Source: Eledone cirrhosa (taxonomy: Eukaryota). From it: DNA of 64,000 nucleotides. The notes under the pieces were generated by a model. It saw only the letters and a list, made by a program, of their open reading frames with translations, did no database searches and was not told the DNA's origin. Position 1 is the first letter of the stretch. Each line of letters starts with the position of its first letter. The stretch spans positions 41,726,001 to 41,790,000 of the forward strand of contig OZ024746.1 of assembly GCA_964016885.1 (NCBI GenBank), written 5' to 3'. Of this stretch, positions 1 through 13,555 are shown piece after piece. A program made the position numbers and the translations under genes.

Positions 1-550
1 TGAAAGAATGAAGCAAAGTTAGTAGTTACCGTTTTGATTGCCAGGCAAACGCAAGCTGGCAGAAGACGCCTGGCGAAGGGCAAATGAGAGGGTGAGAACT
101 TAAAGTTGTTAGTTTTATAGGGTTCTGACCGGAAGTTACAGAAAGGGTTCTACTTCCTGTCTAGATGGTGTCACAACAAGGGAGGCAACTGCTACAGCCT
201 TAACTCATGATAAAATAAAGTCTAAAATACTTATCCTTCAATTTGGAAAAACTTCAAATGCTCTGTATAGTCTTAAAGACTATTTCATGAAAACTTTCAG
301 TGGAGATGGTCACGGTTGGAGTTCATCATCAGCAGAGCTCAACTCGATAACCAGGACTCTCACAGATTAATATGTCAAAAAGGGAATTTTAAAGCTGGCT
401 AGTTCAACATCATGCATGCGTGATTATCAAAAACGCACACGAGGAAATACATGGCTAGTGACGTCAGAATGAGACGAATGTTTGTTTACAAGAAACAGCA
501 GTCAAAAAAATTCCGAAAAAAACACTACAATAAGGAGTTCAGCAAAAAGC

Positions 551-583
<33 letters not shown>

Positions 584-615
584 GGTAAGTAAAAAACGAC
601 AACACAGGAGTACAA

Positions 616-658
<43 letters not shown>

Positions 659-1011
659 CACATACATAAATAGAAAGAAATATATATATACACGTGAATG
701 TTCGGAAAACAGAATCGCTCGCGAAGATTTAAAACAAATGATCCCCAATTTAATTTTACACACAAGTGATGATAGCAAGGTTTTGGTGGTGGTGCAATAA
801 GTAAGTACACTCACGTGCGTTACATGATACGTCGGTATGGCGAGCCGCTAACGGCGAGAAGAACTTCGTTATCAGCGAATCAGCTCCCCCAAATGTGTCG
901 AACGTCACACTCAAGAAAAAATAGATTGCCGATAATTCCTGGTATTTTAGAATTTTATTTCACCAGATTCAAATCACTACCTCGAAGCTGCCGGACTGAA
1001 CTCCTAGTTCT

Positions 1012-1155
1012 AATAATTGTTTCTACTTTTTGGCACAAGGCCAGCAAATATCCAGTACATTGCTGGTACTTTATTTTATCGACCCCCGTAAGGATGAAAG
1101 GCAAAGTTAACCTCGGCGGGATTTGAACTCAGATCATAAAGGGTCATAACTATAC
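1012..1155 (-). mobile_element. tRNA-derived SINE, family S1, 5'-truncated
   Basis: Reverse complement of the S1 body (GAGTTCAAATCCCGCCGAGGTTAACTTTGCCTTTCATCCTTACGGGG..TCGATAAAATAAAGTACCAG...AGTAGAAACAATTAT), which recurs at 1954, 2153, 12689, 15382 and 33226. Confidence 0.85.
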
Positions 1156-1953
1156 TGTTATAAGACAATGTTCATTAACTGCTATTATATACTCCTAGAA
1201 GAACATAATGGTTACGGCTGGAATATCGGCGATTATAACCCTGCTCGATCAATCTGGGAGGTGAGTACGTTTTTTTAAAAAATGCATAGAAGTTGTCTGA
1301 AATCTCGACAAATTACACTATCACATTCTCAAAACATACATTGGATATTAACATTTCAACATTTTTCAAATCATCAGCAGTTTGAGAAATATATAGCAAT
1401 ATTGAATTGATACTTCAGCCGGGCGACAGACTGGTAGTCCATATTTTATTTTTGTAAGATAAGAATAAATGTGTGTTTCTTTAACGAGATGTAAACAGGC
1501 TAGTTGTTAGAAGGCTCGCAAGGGGATTGCTACTTATGTCGTTATTTGCTAAAGTGTTGAAGGGTGTACTTCAGAGGACAGCGTTGATTTATTTTATCGA
1601 AGTCTTATGTGAACACATAACATCAAGAAATCCGGGTAGAAAGAGAAACTGTTTTCAGTGTAAACTCTTTGGCTTAGGAAATATGTACATCATTTCAACG
1701 ATAACAAGCCTTTTGGGTATTGGTCTGACAGAAAGATTACTAAAGCTGTCTCGGGGGGACAATTCGTTTGCTGTTGGTATTTTCTCGTATTTTGCCACAA
1801 GCATTAGTGCAGAACACCGTAAACTACTTTCTTATGTTCTGTGAGAAAATAACATTGTCCATAGATCTACGGTATTTTCACTTCTCATTATTCACTCTCC
1901 TATTCATCTAATATGTTAACAAGTGTTTGGTGGTGGTATTAATATTATGATGG

Positions 1954-2145
1954 GGCGGTAGATTGGCAGTATCGGTAGAGTGTCGGACGCCATGCTTTGA
2001 CGCATAGAGTTACGGCCCTTGCCATTCTGAGTTCAAATCCCGCCGAGGTTAACTTTGCCTTTCATCCTTACTGGGTCGATAAAATAAAGTACCAGTAATG
2101 CACTAGGATAATTGCTGGCCTTGTGCCAAAAGTAGAAACAATTAT
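1954..2145 (+). mobile_element. tRNA-derived SINE S1, full length
   Basis: Pol III A-box-like TGGCAGTATCGG, B-box GTTCAAATCC, conserved central GCCTTTCATCCTT..GGGTCGATAAAAT..AGTACCAG block, ATTAT tail; multiple near-identical copies in the window. Confidence 0.9.
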
Positions 2146-2152
2146 GTATTTA

Positions 2153-2344
2153 GGTGGTGGATAGGCAGTATTGGTAGAGGGTCGGACGCCATGCTTTGCA
2201 ACATAGAGTTACGGCTCTTTATGGTCAGAGTTCAAATCCCACTGAGGTTAACTTTGCCTTTCATCCTTACGGGGTCGATAAAATAAAGTACCAGTAATAC
2301 ACTGGGATAATTGCTGGCCTTATGCCAAAAGTAGAAACAATTAT
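2153..2344 (+). mobile_element. tRNA-derived SINE S1, second copy in tandem
   Basis: Same sequence as 1954-2145, starting 7 bp after its tail. Confidence 0.9.
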
Positions 2345-5300
2345 GTCCTGCAGTTGAAGATTTTGACCTGAGTGTATATAAAATACTACTCGAATATAAG
2401 TGGACCTCCGCTTCAATGTCTGAGAATTTGGCAAAAATCCAAACCTCATGTATGTCGAGACAACTAATCAACACATTACATTTCGAGGGCGTGGTTTAGA
2501 AATGCCTATGAATGGAGAATATATTTATGAAGTTTTGATATTTAAAATATTTTAAGTGTCATTTAGAATAAGGTTTTTGTCTCCCAACTCCATTACATAA
2601 ATGTTTTTTTGTTTTTTTACCAATTTCTGACTTGTTTTGAAAGCCATATTCATTCTAGCCACATCAAAAACAATAGGAACAACAAATTCCACCTCTAAAA
2701 TGAAACCAGTGTAATATTTCCCTCCAAAACGAAAATATTTCAATAATTTATTTACGTAGAATTTGAAGTTGAAAATCGGTAAAATATTGACCTCTAATAT
2801 AAGTTGACTCCATTTTACCATTGATTTATTTTTTCATATCTTTCTCGGCGTATGTACGAGTATATATGGTAAGTATCAATTAAATACTACGACAATTAAA
2901 TTGATTATTCCTATATGCAAGACTTGCATATGGCCTTGTGTCAATGATAGCAATCAATACTATTATGAAAGTAATTGACTGATCAAAATTCTTAATGAAC
3001 TTAAATTTCAACCACCATTTATGATGTGCAGCTGATTGTCGCACTTGGTGGTGCATCGATGGTCGTTTTCGTTTTGTTTTTGCTTCCCCGTTTTGTGTAT
3101 TATATTTGTGAGGTTCTTAGCAATAATCAATTATATTTTTTTTAAAATACGTGTTTATATTTTCATTCTGTAAAGATTTGTAATGATATTTATTCAACTG
3201 TGAATTCTCTACATACATTTGAACTTTGTATATAAAGTTTTACATTTGCTCCCATCTAAAATATATTTTATCAATTTATGTCTGTCAATCATATGTACGC
3301 ATGTTTGAATATTCACCCTTGGTAGTGGAGTAGTTGTATATTGTTTTGTTCACTTTCTAATTAAATAGCTCTGTTCTATATATATCACCACTAATCTAAG
3401 TATTGTAAATTTTTTACACATTACCTTCAACTTAATCATGGACAAATGCAAACCATTTATTCAACGCTGACATGGTTATCTACAAGTCAAAGTTTGTCTC
3501 CACCAAACTTGTACATCATGTCTAAACATGATGTAGATATTGTGGAAGTTAAATTTAGGCAATGATATTTCAGAAATATAAAATGAAGAAATGCAACTAA
3601 ACTATACAATTTGTCTACCAGTTGAAAGAACATACTACTACATTTGATATCAAATAGCAGAACCCCAAAAAGATGTAGACCCGACAGAAATTTTATAAAA
3701 TGTTGCAGGTTATGCTTAATTGAAAACAGTCTTATACACAACAACCATACTAAATCACAGACTGTCTGAATGTCAGATTAGATATCTTTAACAAATGTCA
3801 CTATTTCAATACATATTTACTGAGATATAAGAAGATTATACCACCATCTGAGTGAATGAAGCAATATTTAATTATCTGCCAGGAGCAATATCTTCCTCTC
3901 TGCATTTCTCTACTTGGTTTTAACCGAATATGAAACACTTCTGCCATTTATACCACTAATCCCTTCTGGTAACTTAATATGCACTCACTGATACCTTCAT
4001 AATTTCAGCTCATTAGTTTTATATATTTTCTATCATGTGGCAATTTATTTTAATTCTTTATTCTTAATTGATTTACCCCTAACAATATAATAATGAGATA
4101 TACCTCTCAGCATGTTTTCAAATTTGGAAAATGTGCAGGAAAATTATAATTCAACGAAGTACCAAACTATATCATATAGAATATTTAATTCTGCTTCATA
4201 TACTCAGCACTCTGATTTTGTTCAGGTAACCACCTATAATCCATTGGATATATGTTTGTGTTGGACCTCAGTCATCTCTGTGAATGAGTGTTCCCATTGT
4301 TTGATCAATGGGACAGCATGCTTGTAAAATTAATGTGCAAGTCGTTGAACATGACATAAACAAATCTACCTTTAACATAGTTCTCAGGGAAATTTAGTGA
4401 AATAAGGCAAATAGAAAATAAAATGTCTTGCTTAAGGTCGCAATGCACCTTAAGCAAGAATCAAACACATGACCTTATGATAGTATGCCAAAAACCCTAA
4501 CCACTAAACTATGTGCTTTCACATATATGTGTATTATATATGTATGTATATGTATGTATGTATATGTATATATGTATATATTTTCACATACATACATACA
4601 GGAAGGTCTGTATGTATGTGATGTGGTTGGTGTTAGGAAGGACTTCCAACCATAGAAACCTACCCGAAAATGGAGTGGACAAGCAAGATGTAGTCACCTG
4701 ACCAATCTAGCTTTAATACATTACATCTTGTTTAACCTATGCAAGCATGAAAAATAGACATTAAATAGTGATGGTGATGATACATACATACTATACTAGA
4801 ATGTAGAGAGAGAAAAAGGAATATAAAAACAGTAAAACATAGTTTTTGTCCATTCGTCATACAGCATAATTCTGAATGTTTTTCCCTGCAAGGAACAATA
4901 AATGAGGAAAATATTTGGAATTATAACAAAAAATAATGTTGCATCATCACCATTTACATTTTTACCGTTTAACATCTATTTTCTATGCTTGCATGGGTTG
5001 TCACAGTATAAGGGTAGAAAAGTGAGGTAACCATATCTTGTTTATACAATCTGTTTCTAGCTTGGTTTTCTATGCTTGGATGCCCTTTGTATGTGAATCA
5101 CTTTACAGCATGTACTGGGAGCTTTTTTTGTGGCACCAGTACTATCACCCTATATGGTGGATTGGGTACTTTTTATCATGTCACTAGTATGACCAATTTA
5201 CACTGGGGTTTTTCATTGTGGTACCAATAGGCCTGTTAATTAATTACATACTATGCTATTTGTTATAATTTTAACTCTAGGTGTACCCCCTCCCCCTACT

Positions 5301-5891
5301 AGGATCTTTCTTTTCTTTTTACAGTTGCTTCAGATGATGCATGGAGACCATCAAAAATGAAGATTCTCATTCATATTACTCTTGATAAAGGCAAATATAT
5401 ACACTGCTCCTAAGATAAACTCACAAATAATTCTTCTACATAAGTGGTAGTCATTAAACCTGTAGCAGTGGAGACCTCTGGCATTCTTGACCTCTCATAT
5501 TACCACCCAACTAACTACTATCAGGGCAGAGTTGGCCACACAGGAATAAAGGCTGCAAGTTGGAATGGCTATTTTAATGTATGTCCTTCACTATCCTCTG
5601 GAGTAACACAATCTCCATCTGTCTTCTGAGAACACAAGGCTACTTATGCCTGAAATTCTGCATGCCAGAAAGCGTTCTTCCACATTATCCAGGTTTGTAT
5701 CATTGCTATAGGGGTGGTACAGATTGCTGATTTCTACAACATCAGTCAATACATGTACATGCTCACACACATACATGCACACACACTCAAATCTTAGTTT
5801 GACATAATTATACATAAAGTCCTAGTAATAACATTTAGCTTATTAGATTTTCAAATGATTATTTTATAGCATTGTATCTTTTATTTATATA

Positions 5892-6240
5892 CTAGATCCC
5901 CATTGCCATAGGGGATGTCCTCCTAACTCCATATTTCCATACTGTGTCATTGAAACTCCCCAGTTCCATAGTGTGTCCCCTAGCTCCACAGTGCCATAGT
6001 GCGGCATCCTAGTTTCAAAGTGCCATATGTTCCCTCACTATCTCACCATTGCCATAGGTGGGGTCACCCTAGCTCCATATTTCCACACTGTGTCACTGAA
6101 GCTCCCAAGTTCGATAGTGTGCCACCCTAGCTCAGCAGTGTCATAGTGTGGCACCCTAGCTCCGACGTGCCATATTTTTCCCACACTATCTCCCCATTAC
6201 CATATTTTACCATCCTATATTCCCAGTGCCATACTGTCCC
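5892..6240. repeat. Degenerate minisatellite, ~28-30 bp unit (CTAGCTCCACAGTGCCATAGTGTGGCACC-like)
   Basis: Roughly a dozen diverged units with recurring CTAGCTCC and GCCATAG words. Confidence 0.7.
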
Positions 6241-6255
6241 TTAACAAAATCTTAA

Positions 6256-6318
6256 GACGATGATGATGGTGATGATGTTGTGGATGATGACGAAGATGAT
6301 GATGGTGATGATGATGAC
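6256..6318. repeat. Imperfect (GAT)n trinucleotide repeat
   Basis: Directly visible. Confidence 0.8.
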
Positions 6319-7074
6319 AATTATTTACTCAACAGTTCATTCTCATTTAGAGACACTTACACTCACAGAGAGCATAGTTTTTTTACACCATTCCCCTTCA
6401 TACCTTTTATACACTCATACAATCACACACACATGTATACATATATACACACATATATACTCACATAGAGCTTTGTACAAAAGTTGAAATGCTGTTTGAT
6501 TTTTTTTTTTCGCCGTAGAATTTTCACCATCCCCCTTCCTTCATTTTAACTCATTCATCTCATGATTGGATTGACACACGGACGACATGATTCGACTTTT
6601 ATTTACTTTAGTTAATAATATGCTGAATATGACCGAAAATAATATTTTATGAATATTCCTTATTTAAAAAAAAAGTATTTGTACTTTGACACTGAGTGTC
6701 TGATTAATTGGAAATGATTCAGTTTTAGTTAATTGTAATCTATCTTTATCTCGGTGATATCAGAGATTTCAAGGAAAATTTATTAATTTTATGATCATTA
6801 CAAAAAAGTGTAGCACTGTCAAGCTTGCCTATACAAAGTAAGAAACGTATTTCTGATGTCATTTTACACTTTCTAGTTTTGATATTATTGATTAAATTTT
6901 TTCCTATGCAATCAGATCATCAAAGACGTTTTAATGTGAAACAGTCATTGATGATCAACAAGTAGTTATATTTAATGGGTAGGTATCCCAGTAGGCCATT
7001 CATATAGAACAGAAAAAGAGGGATCCAAGATTGTGCCTGGCATATCCTGCTTTGATACATATATGTGGATGAAA

Positions 7075-7230
7075 CATGACCAAATGTTAAGAGGTTTTCC
7101 TCATAATCATTAGGTCCCTGGTTCAATCCCATTATGTGGTATCTTAAGCAAGTGTCATTTATCATAGCCACGAGTTGCCCCATGCCTTTTGAGGGAAACT
7201 GGGTAGAAAGAATCTGTTTGGAAGCCCATC
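7075..7230 (+). mobile_element. Old tRNA-derived SINE, family S2 (CORE-like central block)
   Basis: GGTTCAATCCC B-box followed by TGTGGTATCTTAAGCAAGTGTC; similar to 24862-25030. Confidence 0.55.
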
Positions 7231-8638
7231 TGATGGACTTCACCTGTAATTCAAAGGGGCAGCCTTGTTACAAATTGTCATGCTGAACTTCCCTGAGAAT
7301 TATGTTAAGAGAAAACCTCTCTCTGGAATGTTGATTTAATGAGCAAGCTGTTTTGATGACCAAACAACTTGAATACTTATTGTCAAATCCAATGAAAAAC
7401 CATTCCAATAATGATGACATCTATAGCTATCACTTTTTGTTTGTTTAAGAAGTATAAATTCAATTTTAAAGTTTACCTCAAATTCTCTTGACCTCAAATT
7501 TCTGCTCATAAGTTTTGATTATTGACTTTATCAAAGACTTTAAAGTAAGATTTGATGATGTAATGTATCTGATTTCATTTTGGCAACTATGTCAGGTTAT
7601 AAATATGATATATATTCTATGTGTATGAACTCTAATTTTGGAAATCTCGCAACTTCTGTGAATATGAAGAGCATAGGATATTATATCACTACCAATTATC
7701 TGCTCTCTTGTCTCAAAAACAATTGATTAGTATTTCTTAGTCTTGTGCCTATATAATTTCAATACTTGAAAATTCAGAACATTATAGTTTGCTTAATTTC
7801 TTTGAGTACCAAACAATATTTTATTGGAAATAGCTAAACCAGCTGTATCCGGCCAGAATTCTGACACCACATCTTATTCAAAGCAGCCAAAACTTGCTAC
7901 TCATTTATGTTAAGGTTTCTCAAAATATCATAGATTCAATATTAAGTGAGATAATTATGTGAAATAAAGTGTTTACCAAGAAAATACAATAGTAAATACA
8001 GAGTAATATAAATACAAAGAAATGAGGAGAAATATTTTCATGCCTATTTTTGCTATTTGATATCTGCTACATTCTTTTCTCCTTTCTGGAAATGTGTTTG
8101 TAATATCTGTCTGAATAGGATTGATTTAAAACATTTACAAAGACAAACATTTATAGGATGCACAGAAATCTGTGTCTTTTAAGTGTTCATCTTTGAGACA
8201 TTATGGGCATAATTTTAATTATTATCTATTTGTGACAACCACATTCAATGCATGTGAAATACTTTATTTAAGATTTCAGCAACAGATTAAACAGAAGAGA
8301 CTCTGCTATGAAGAAGGTAGAAGAAGATTGCTATAAGCTAAATAATTTATCAGATTGTTCATACATGCCACCTATATATATATACTTATTTACATAAAGA
8401 AATTATTGTACTATATTATAACCTTTGTTAACAAAAAATATCCTACACAGCAAATTAATTCATGGGAAAATGTCATATCTCTCCTTTTCTCTGCAGTAAA
8501 TTAGCATATTCCAGTTTGAAAGCTATTTGTGAGACATCCTTAGTTTCCCCAAATTTCACTGTTTTAGTTGACTGATGATGGATTGATAAATGTAATTTAT
8601 TTGATTTAATACCAAACTTTTTGGTATGTATAAATATA

Positions 8639-8686
<48 letters not shown>

Positions 8687-10310
8687 TATATAATTTCCTG
8701 TGGCATTTGGGAAAAAGTATAGTGCTTCATATAGCACACAAGTCATGAATAAAACAAAGGAAAAGTAAGAAGAAAGTAAGATATTGTGTTAAAAAATGTG
8801 AGCCATTGAAATAAATGAGGGGGTGGTGGAGAAGAGACAACATATACGTCACATTAGTATTGAGAAACTTTGTATATGTATATATCATCATCACAATTTC
8901 TCCATGCTTGCATGGATTAGATGGGTTGTTATGAGGTCAGTATGGGTTGTTATGAGGTCATATGGATCTGTAATTTCGTTTGTTTCCTACAGCTGGATGT
9001 CCTTCCTCACACCAACCACATTACAGTGTGGAGTGGGTGCTTTTTCATCAGGTTATCAACATGACCACCTCACAGGATGGACTGGGTGCTTTGTTGTTGA
9101 GGCACCAGATCACCATACTGCGTGTTCTGGCAGGAGAAGTATATCAGGGGTGAGGAGTGAAGGTTGGGGGTAGTAAGCAGGTTCGAGATGGGTGTGCATT
9201 ATTTAGCTAGTATGTGGGAGGGGGATATATATATATATTTACATATATATATTTTCATATATATACTTATATATAATATATTTACACACACACAGACACA
9301 GATACACACACACAATATACTTACATATATATATATATAATATATTTATATTTATATATACACATGTATTTATACACACACATAATTTTATGCATAATTA
9401 ATATCATACAAAGCATACAGCATATATTAAAAAAAAATATATGCAGCCGCATAAGCTATCAAATTGCGCAAAAATGCATGCCTGGATCATATATTGATTG
9501 TATGACAAATGTAAATGCATTGCCACTGAATATGTGTATATTTTTATATATATATATATATATTTTTGTAACATTTAAGAGATTATCTAATGTTTGTATG
9601 CCAGTTAGATGTTGAATCAATCTCTTCATATAATACAGCTTCATAGCATTGAGTATTATGTAATGGTGTTTTATTCCCTCCTATCTCTTACTCTCTCTGT
9701 TTCTCCCTCACCCTCTCTCATTTCTGTCACACTTTCTCCTTGTCTTTTTCTTTCTGCACGTTATTCTTTCGTTTACCCTCAAGGCTATATAAAGCATGAT
9801 TTAATGTTTTTAAAAGTTAAAAAGGACAAGCACAGAGCACCATTATACTAAATCATTCATAGATGTTTGTTTTTGTATCTTTTGTGAATGAATTTGTGGT
9901 AGGACATGGAATTATGATAATATTCATACACACATACATTCAAACATACATACATATATATTGTGGGCTCCTTAAGCCACAGAGAACAGTTCCTCTATGA
10001 GAGCAGTCACTCTGAACAAATAAGACTGCATGATGAGGAGAGGACTCCCCAGTCCGATCAGACAACTTCTCTAGTGCTGGTGGCATGAAGAATGCACCCA
10101 ATCAATACTGTAAAGTGGTTGGTGATAGGAAAGGCATTTAACCAAGAAACTATGCCAAAAAATTATGACCAGCACAGAATCATCATCATCATCATCATTC
10201 AAACCATGCAAGCTCTGCTTTCTCCTTTGTGGATAGGATATATTATCACTTTCCAGGAAGTATACCAATTGTTGGGAATCCATCAGAGCCAACAGTTGCA
10301 TTTGATCTCA

Positions 10311-10458
10311 TTTCATCTATTGCTGGTATTATATCTTCCTCCCTTTATTTCATCTATTGCTGGTATTATATCTTCCTCCCTTTATTTCATCTATTGCTGG
10401 TATTATATCTTCCTCCCTTTATTTCATCTATTGCTGGTATTATATCTTCCTCCCTTTA
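10311..10458. repeat. Perfect 37-bp tandem repeat x4 (TTTCATCTATTGCTGGTATTATATCTTCCTCCCTTTA)
   Basis: Four identical adjacent units, no spacers. Confidence 0.95.
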
Positions 10459-10599
10459 TATGTTGATGGTTGCAATTTCTTTGTGTAGCACTGTCAAAGA
10501 ACTTACTTGGCTTATTTATTTGTATGTGTCTCATTGGAGGGGTGAAAACGCTATTATATTACTTGTTCATTACCTCACTTATCCCTGCAATCACTGAAT

Positions 10600-10960
10600 T
10601 TTTGGAAAAGTGGCTCTATCCTGTAGTGTACCAAGGTAGTCTCTCTTGCAAATTTAAAGAAAGCCTTAGAGTTTGTGTTATATTTTCTATAGACCTGGCT
10701 TCTCATTCTTACCTCTCCATTTCTTGGGAAAGTCTCAGTTCAGTTTCAATTTCATACAGTACCTACGTCAAATGGAATTCCTTCTTGTTCTGTAGTTGTA
10801 TATTTAGCCAGTTTGAGATCTTTGTTCTCTGTCTCAAGGATTTTTCTGTCTCTGGAAATAATATTTTTGTTTCTGTTGGCCTTTCTTTCTGGGACAATTG
10901 CAGAAGCCCTTTGTTGTCAGCAGAGGTACCAACTCCCTATGCTTCTTCTAGCCCATTCTT
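10600..10960 (-). pseudogene. Decayed CR1/L2-group LINE ORF2 fragment (linker between endonuclease and RT)
   Basis: Minus strand reads YEIETELRLSQEMER*E*EARSIENI then, after a frameshift, NSKAFFKFARETTLVHYRIEPL, resembling the N.K.F(Y/F)K(F/Y)A...IGPL motif of CR1-like ORF2. Confidence 0.6.
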
Positions 10961-11887
10961 ATCCCGGCTATACTGTGCTGGTGAAGACCTGTATACTAGC
11001 CTTGAACTTGACCTGACCTGACCTATTCATGTATTGCGCCCCCCGACCCCCATTGTAGCTACTCTCTGCATCATTGTACAGTCACACCCATCTTAGATCC
11101 TAATACCCGCAACACATCCAGGGTCACCACATACCTATCACCTCACTTCCTACGTGCTGACACACCAAACATAGCCCCCTAGTATCTGTTATGAGCACAG
11201 TACCTCCCACACTATTGGAAGTCTTCCCTCCAACCCACCCTCAATTTGCCAAAATCCCTCTACACTTGGTACCCAAGACTTACACCCTGGCTTCGTCCAT
11301 AGGATAGAGATGGCTCTTCACTTGAGTCAATGACAACAGCCATTCTACATCCTAGGCCATGATAAATGCTCCCAGTACACTTTGTAAAGTGGTTTGTGAT
11401 AGGAAGGATATTTAGCCATAGAAAACCTGCTAAACTTAGGACCAGGAACACTCTTTAGTTATGCCGATGACTTGACAAATTCTCTATTGTAGGTGACATC
11501 ATAAAATGCACTTGGTATATAGTACAGGATTGTATGTCAGGCCTCTGTCTCACCTGAAGGTCAGTTTTGTTTGAGTAGGAACCAATCTGTAATGACGGGT
11601 CCAGCTCTCAGTAGTGATGATGGTAATATATGTTGGCAGCCTGTCTGAGGAGGGAGCCCCGCGAGGTTGGGTGGCTGTTGAAGCGGATGTCACTGGCCAT
11701 TGTCTGTGGGAATGTTTTGCAGACTTGTTCGCGGGGTGCAGCCCTTCTGCCCTAGACCCAAAGCCCAATCACCTTCCCCTCTCTTCTGCGACGCTAGAGT
11801 TCTTACCATCCCTCCCCTTCACGTTCCTTTTTTCTCTATATTTTCCTATTCTTTTTTTATTTTGTTTCCTTTTTTTTTATTATTGTT

Positions 11888-12572
11888 GGGAAAAACTCTA
11901 CAGGCATGGAGGTGCCATCAGCCGGGCATGTCCGAGATGCGCGCAGGGCGACAAAACCGTCCTGCATGCACTCGTCCAGTGTCCGAGCATTGCTGACTTG
12001 TGGGTTTATGTCGAACACCTGCTGTCGCGTGTAGAATGGATCCGACTATCAGCTGAGTCCATCGTGAGGATTGCCCTGCCCTCTTCCTTTAGCCGGGAAG
12101 GGCAGGCAGTTTTTATCTGTCTGGTGGCCATGGCAAAAGAGATAGTATGGTGGATGCATCTGAAAGGGCTAAAGACGAGCACTTACCTCTTTGGTGATGC
12201 TCTGATTAACTTTTACCAATTTCATTTGAAAAGGAAAATCAGGGAGGTGCTCTCTTTCCAGCTTTTTGTTGAAAGATGGGTGAGAGAGGCAAGAATGGCC
12301 CGAGTGAGTGTAAATTGAAGGTGGAAAACTGGGAGAGGACAATTGCCCTGGTGGTCAGGGTCACCGTGACTTTTATTAATGGGCTTTCTCCACGATGGCC
12401 CTCGGAAGCCTCCCCCCTATTGGGGAATTTTTCATTGTTCTATTATTACATCCTCTGTTTATTTTGTTTTTTACACGCAGAAATGCCCATTTGTACCGTC
12501 CTGTATTGTCCTGTACTGTCCTTAATGTCTACTTTGTGTAAACCCTTGTGGTTAATAAAGAAAGGATTATTG
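11888..12572 (+). mobile_element. 3' fragment of an L1/Tx1-clade LINE (C-terminal CCHC zinc knuckle and 3' UTR)
   Basis: ORF 11614-12318 contains CPRC-x8-H-x4-C (CPRCAQGDKTVLHALVQC) then L1-like AKEIVWW and FVERW motifs; pyrimidine-rich 3' UTR ends in AATAAAG. Confidence 0.75.
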
Positions 12573-12578
12573 TTGTCT

Positions 12579-12650
12579 CGATAAAATAAAGTACCAGTAA
12601 TGTACTGGGTAATTGCTGGCCTTGTGCCTAAAGTAGAAACAATTATTATT
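12579..12650 (+). mobile_element. SINE S1 3' half
   Basis: CGATAAAATAAAGTACCAG...GTAGAAACAATTATT. Confidence 0.8.
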
Positions 12651-12688
12651 TGTGGTTAATAAAGAAAGCATTATTATTATTATTAAAA

Positions 12689-12873
12689 GGGCGGTGGATT
12701 GGCAGTATCGGTGGTGAGTCGGACGCCATGCTTTCCAGCATAGTTACGTCCCTTTACGATCTGAGTTCAAATCCCGCCGAGGTTGACTTTGCCTTTCATG
12801 CTTACGGGGTCGATAAAATAAAGTACCAGTAATGCACTTGGTAATTGCTGGCCTTGTGCCTAAAGTAGAAACA

Positions 12874-12909
<36 letters not shown>
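12689..12909 (+). mobile_element. tRNA-derived SINE S1 with (TTA)n tail
   Basis: Full S1 sequence with A/B boxes and a long (ATT)n tail. Confidence 0.9.
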
Positions 12910-12910
<1 letters not shown>

Positions 12911-13555
12911 GAAATAAGAGGGATCAGATGTTGTTTACTCGAGAGAAGGCTACGTTGGTACGGACACGTGATGCGCATGAAAGTCGATAGCTGTATAACA
13001 AAGTGCAGGGCAATAAAGATAGACGGTAGCCACGGAATAGGCAGACCTAGAAAATCCTGGGACGAGCTGATAAACTCCGACCTCACACACTTACACCTCT
13101 CCAAGACAATGTCACTGGACCGAGACCTTTGGCGGTACTCAGTAATAGAGAAGACCCGCCTTACCTAAATACATAGTAAAACCTACTACAGCCAGTAGGC
13201 ATCTCTAACAAAATACACCCCGTCCCACCACCCACACCCCCATCCACACCACCCCCTCCTATGTAAAGTTATGTTGGTGCCACAACATCCAGGCCGAAAC
13301 AAATGAGATCGTGTAGGTGTCACGACAAAAAAACACACAGTCCACGCTGTAATGTGGCCGTGTAGGCAACACGGTAAAAACCTCCCAGTCCCACACTGTA
13401 AATGTGGTTGGTGTTAGGAAAGGCATCCAACTGTAGAAAACCTGCCAGACAGTCCTATGCGAGCAAGACAATCACTCTTGCCTCAAGTGGGAATACCCCC
13501 GTCCAAACCCATGCAACCGTGGAACACGGACGTTAAACGTTGATGATGATGATGA
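12907..13555 (+). mobile_element. 5'-truncated RTE LINE copy
   Basis: Near-identical to the 3' end of the 46420-51336 element (ORF end GRPRKSWDELI...KTRLT, 3' UTR, (GAT)n tail). Confidence 0.95.

Noticed and set aside
1208-1266. Short ATG exon ending in GAG|GTGAGT
   Set aside because: Resembles a dispersed repeat also seen near 305, 27065-27130 and 36645-36710; no other support.
1954-2045. tRNA gene
   Set aside because: A/B boxes belong to a multi-copy SINE head; no complete cloverleaf.
3010-3055. Hairpin with ATGA resembling a SECIS element
   Set aside because: No apical AA motif or 3' GA quartet partner, and no selenoprotein CDS nearby.
8473-8575. Possible minus-strand terminal exon STKTVKFGETKDVSQIAFKLEYANLLQRKGEI
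   Set aside because: No recognisable homology or partner exons.
10311-10458. 37-bp repeat of CRISPR-like length
   Set aside because: Units are contiguous with no spacers; simple minisatellite.
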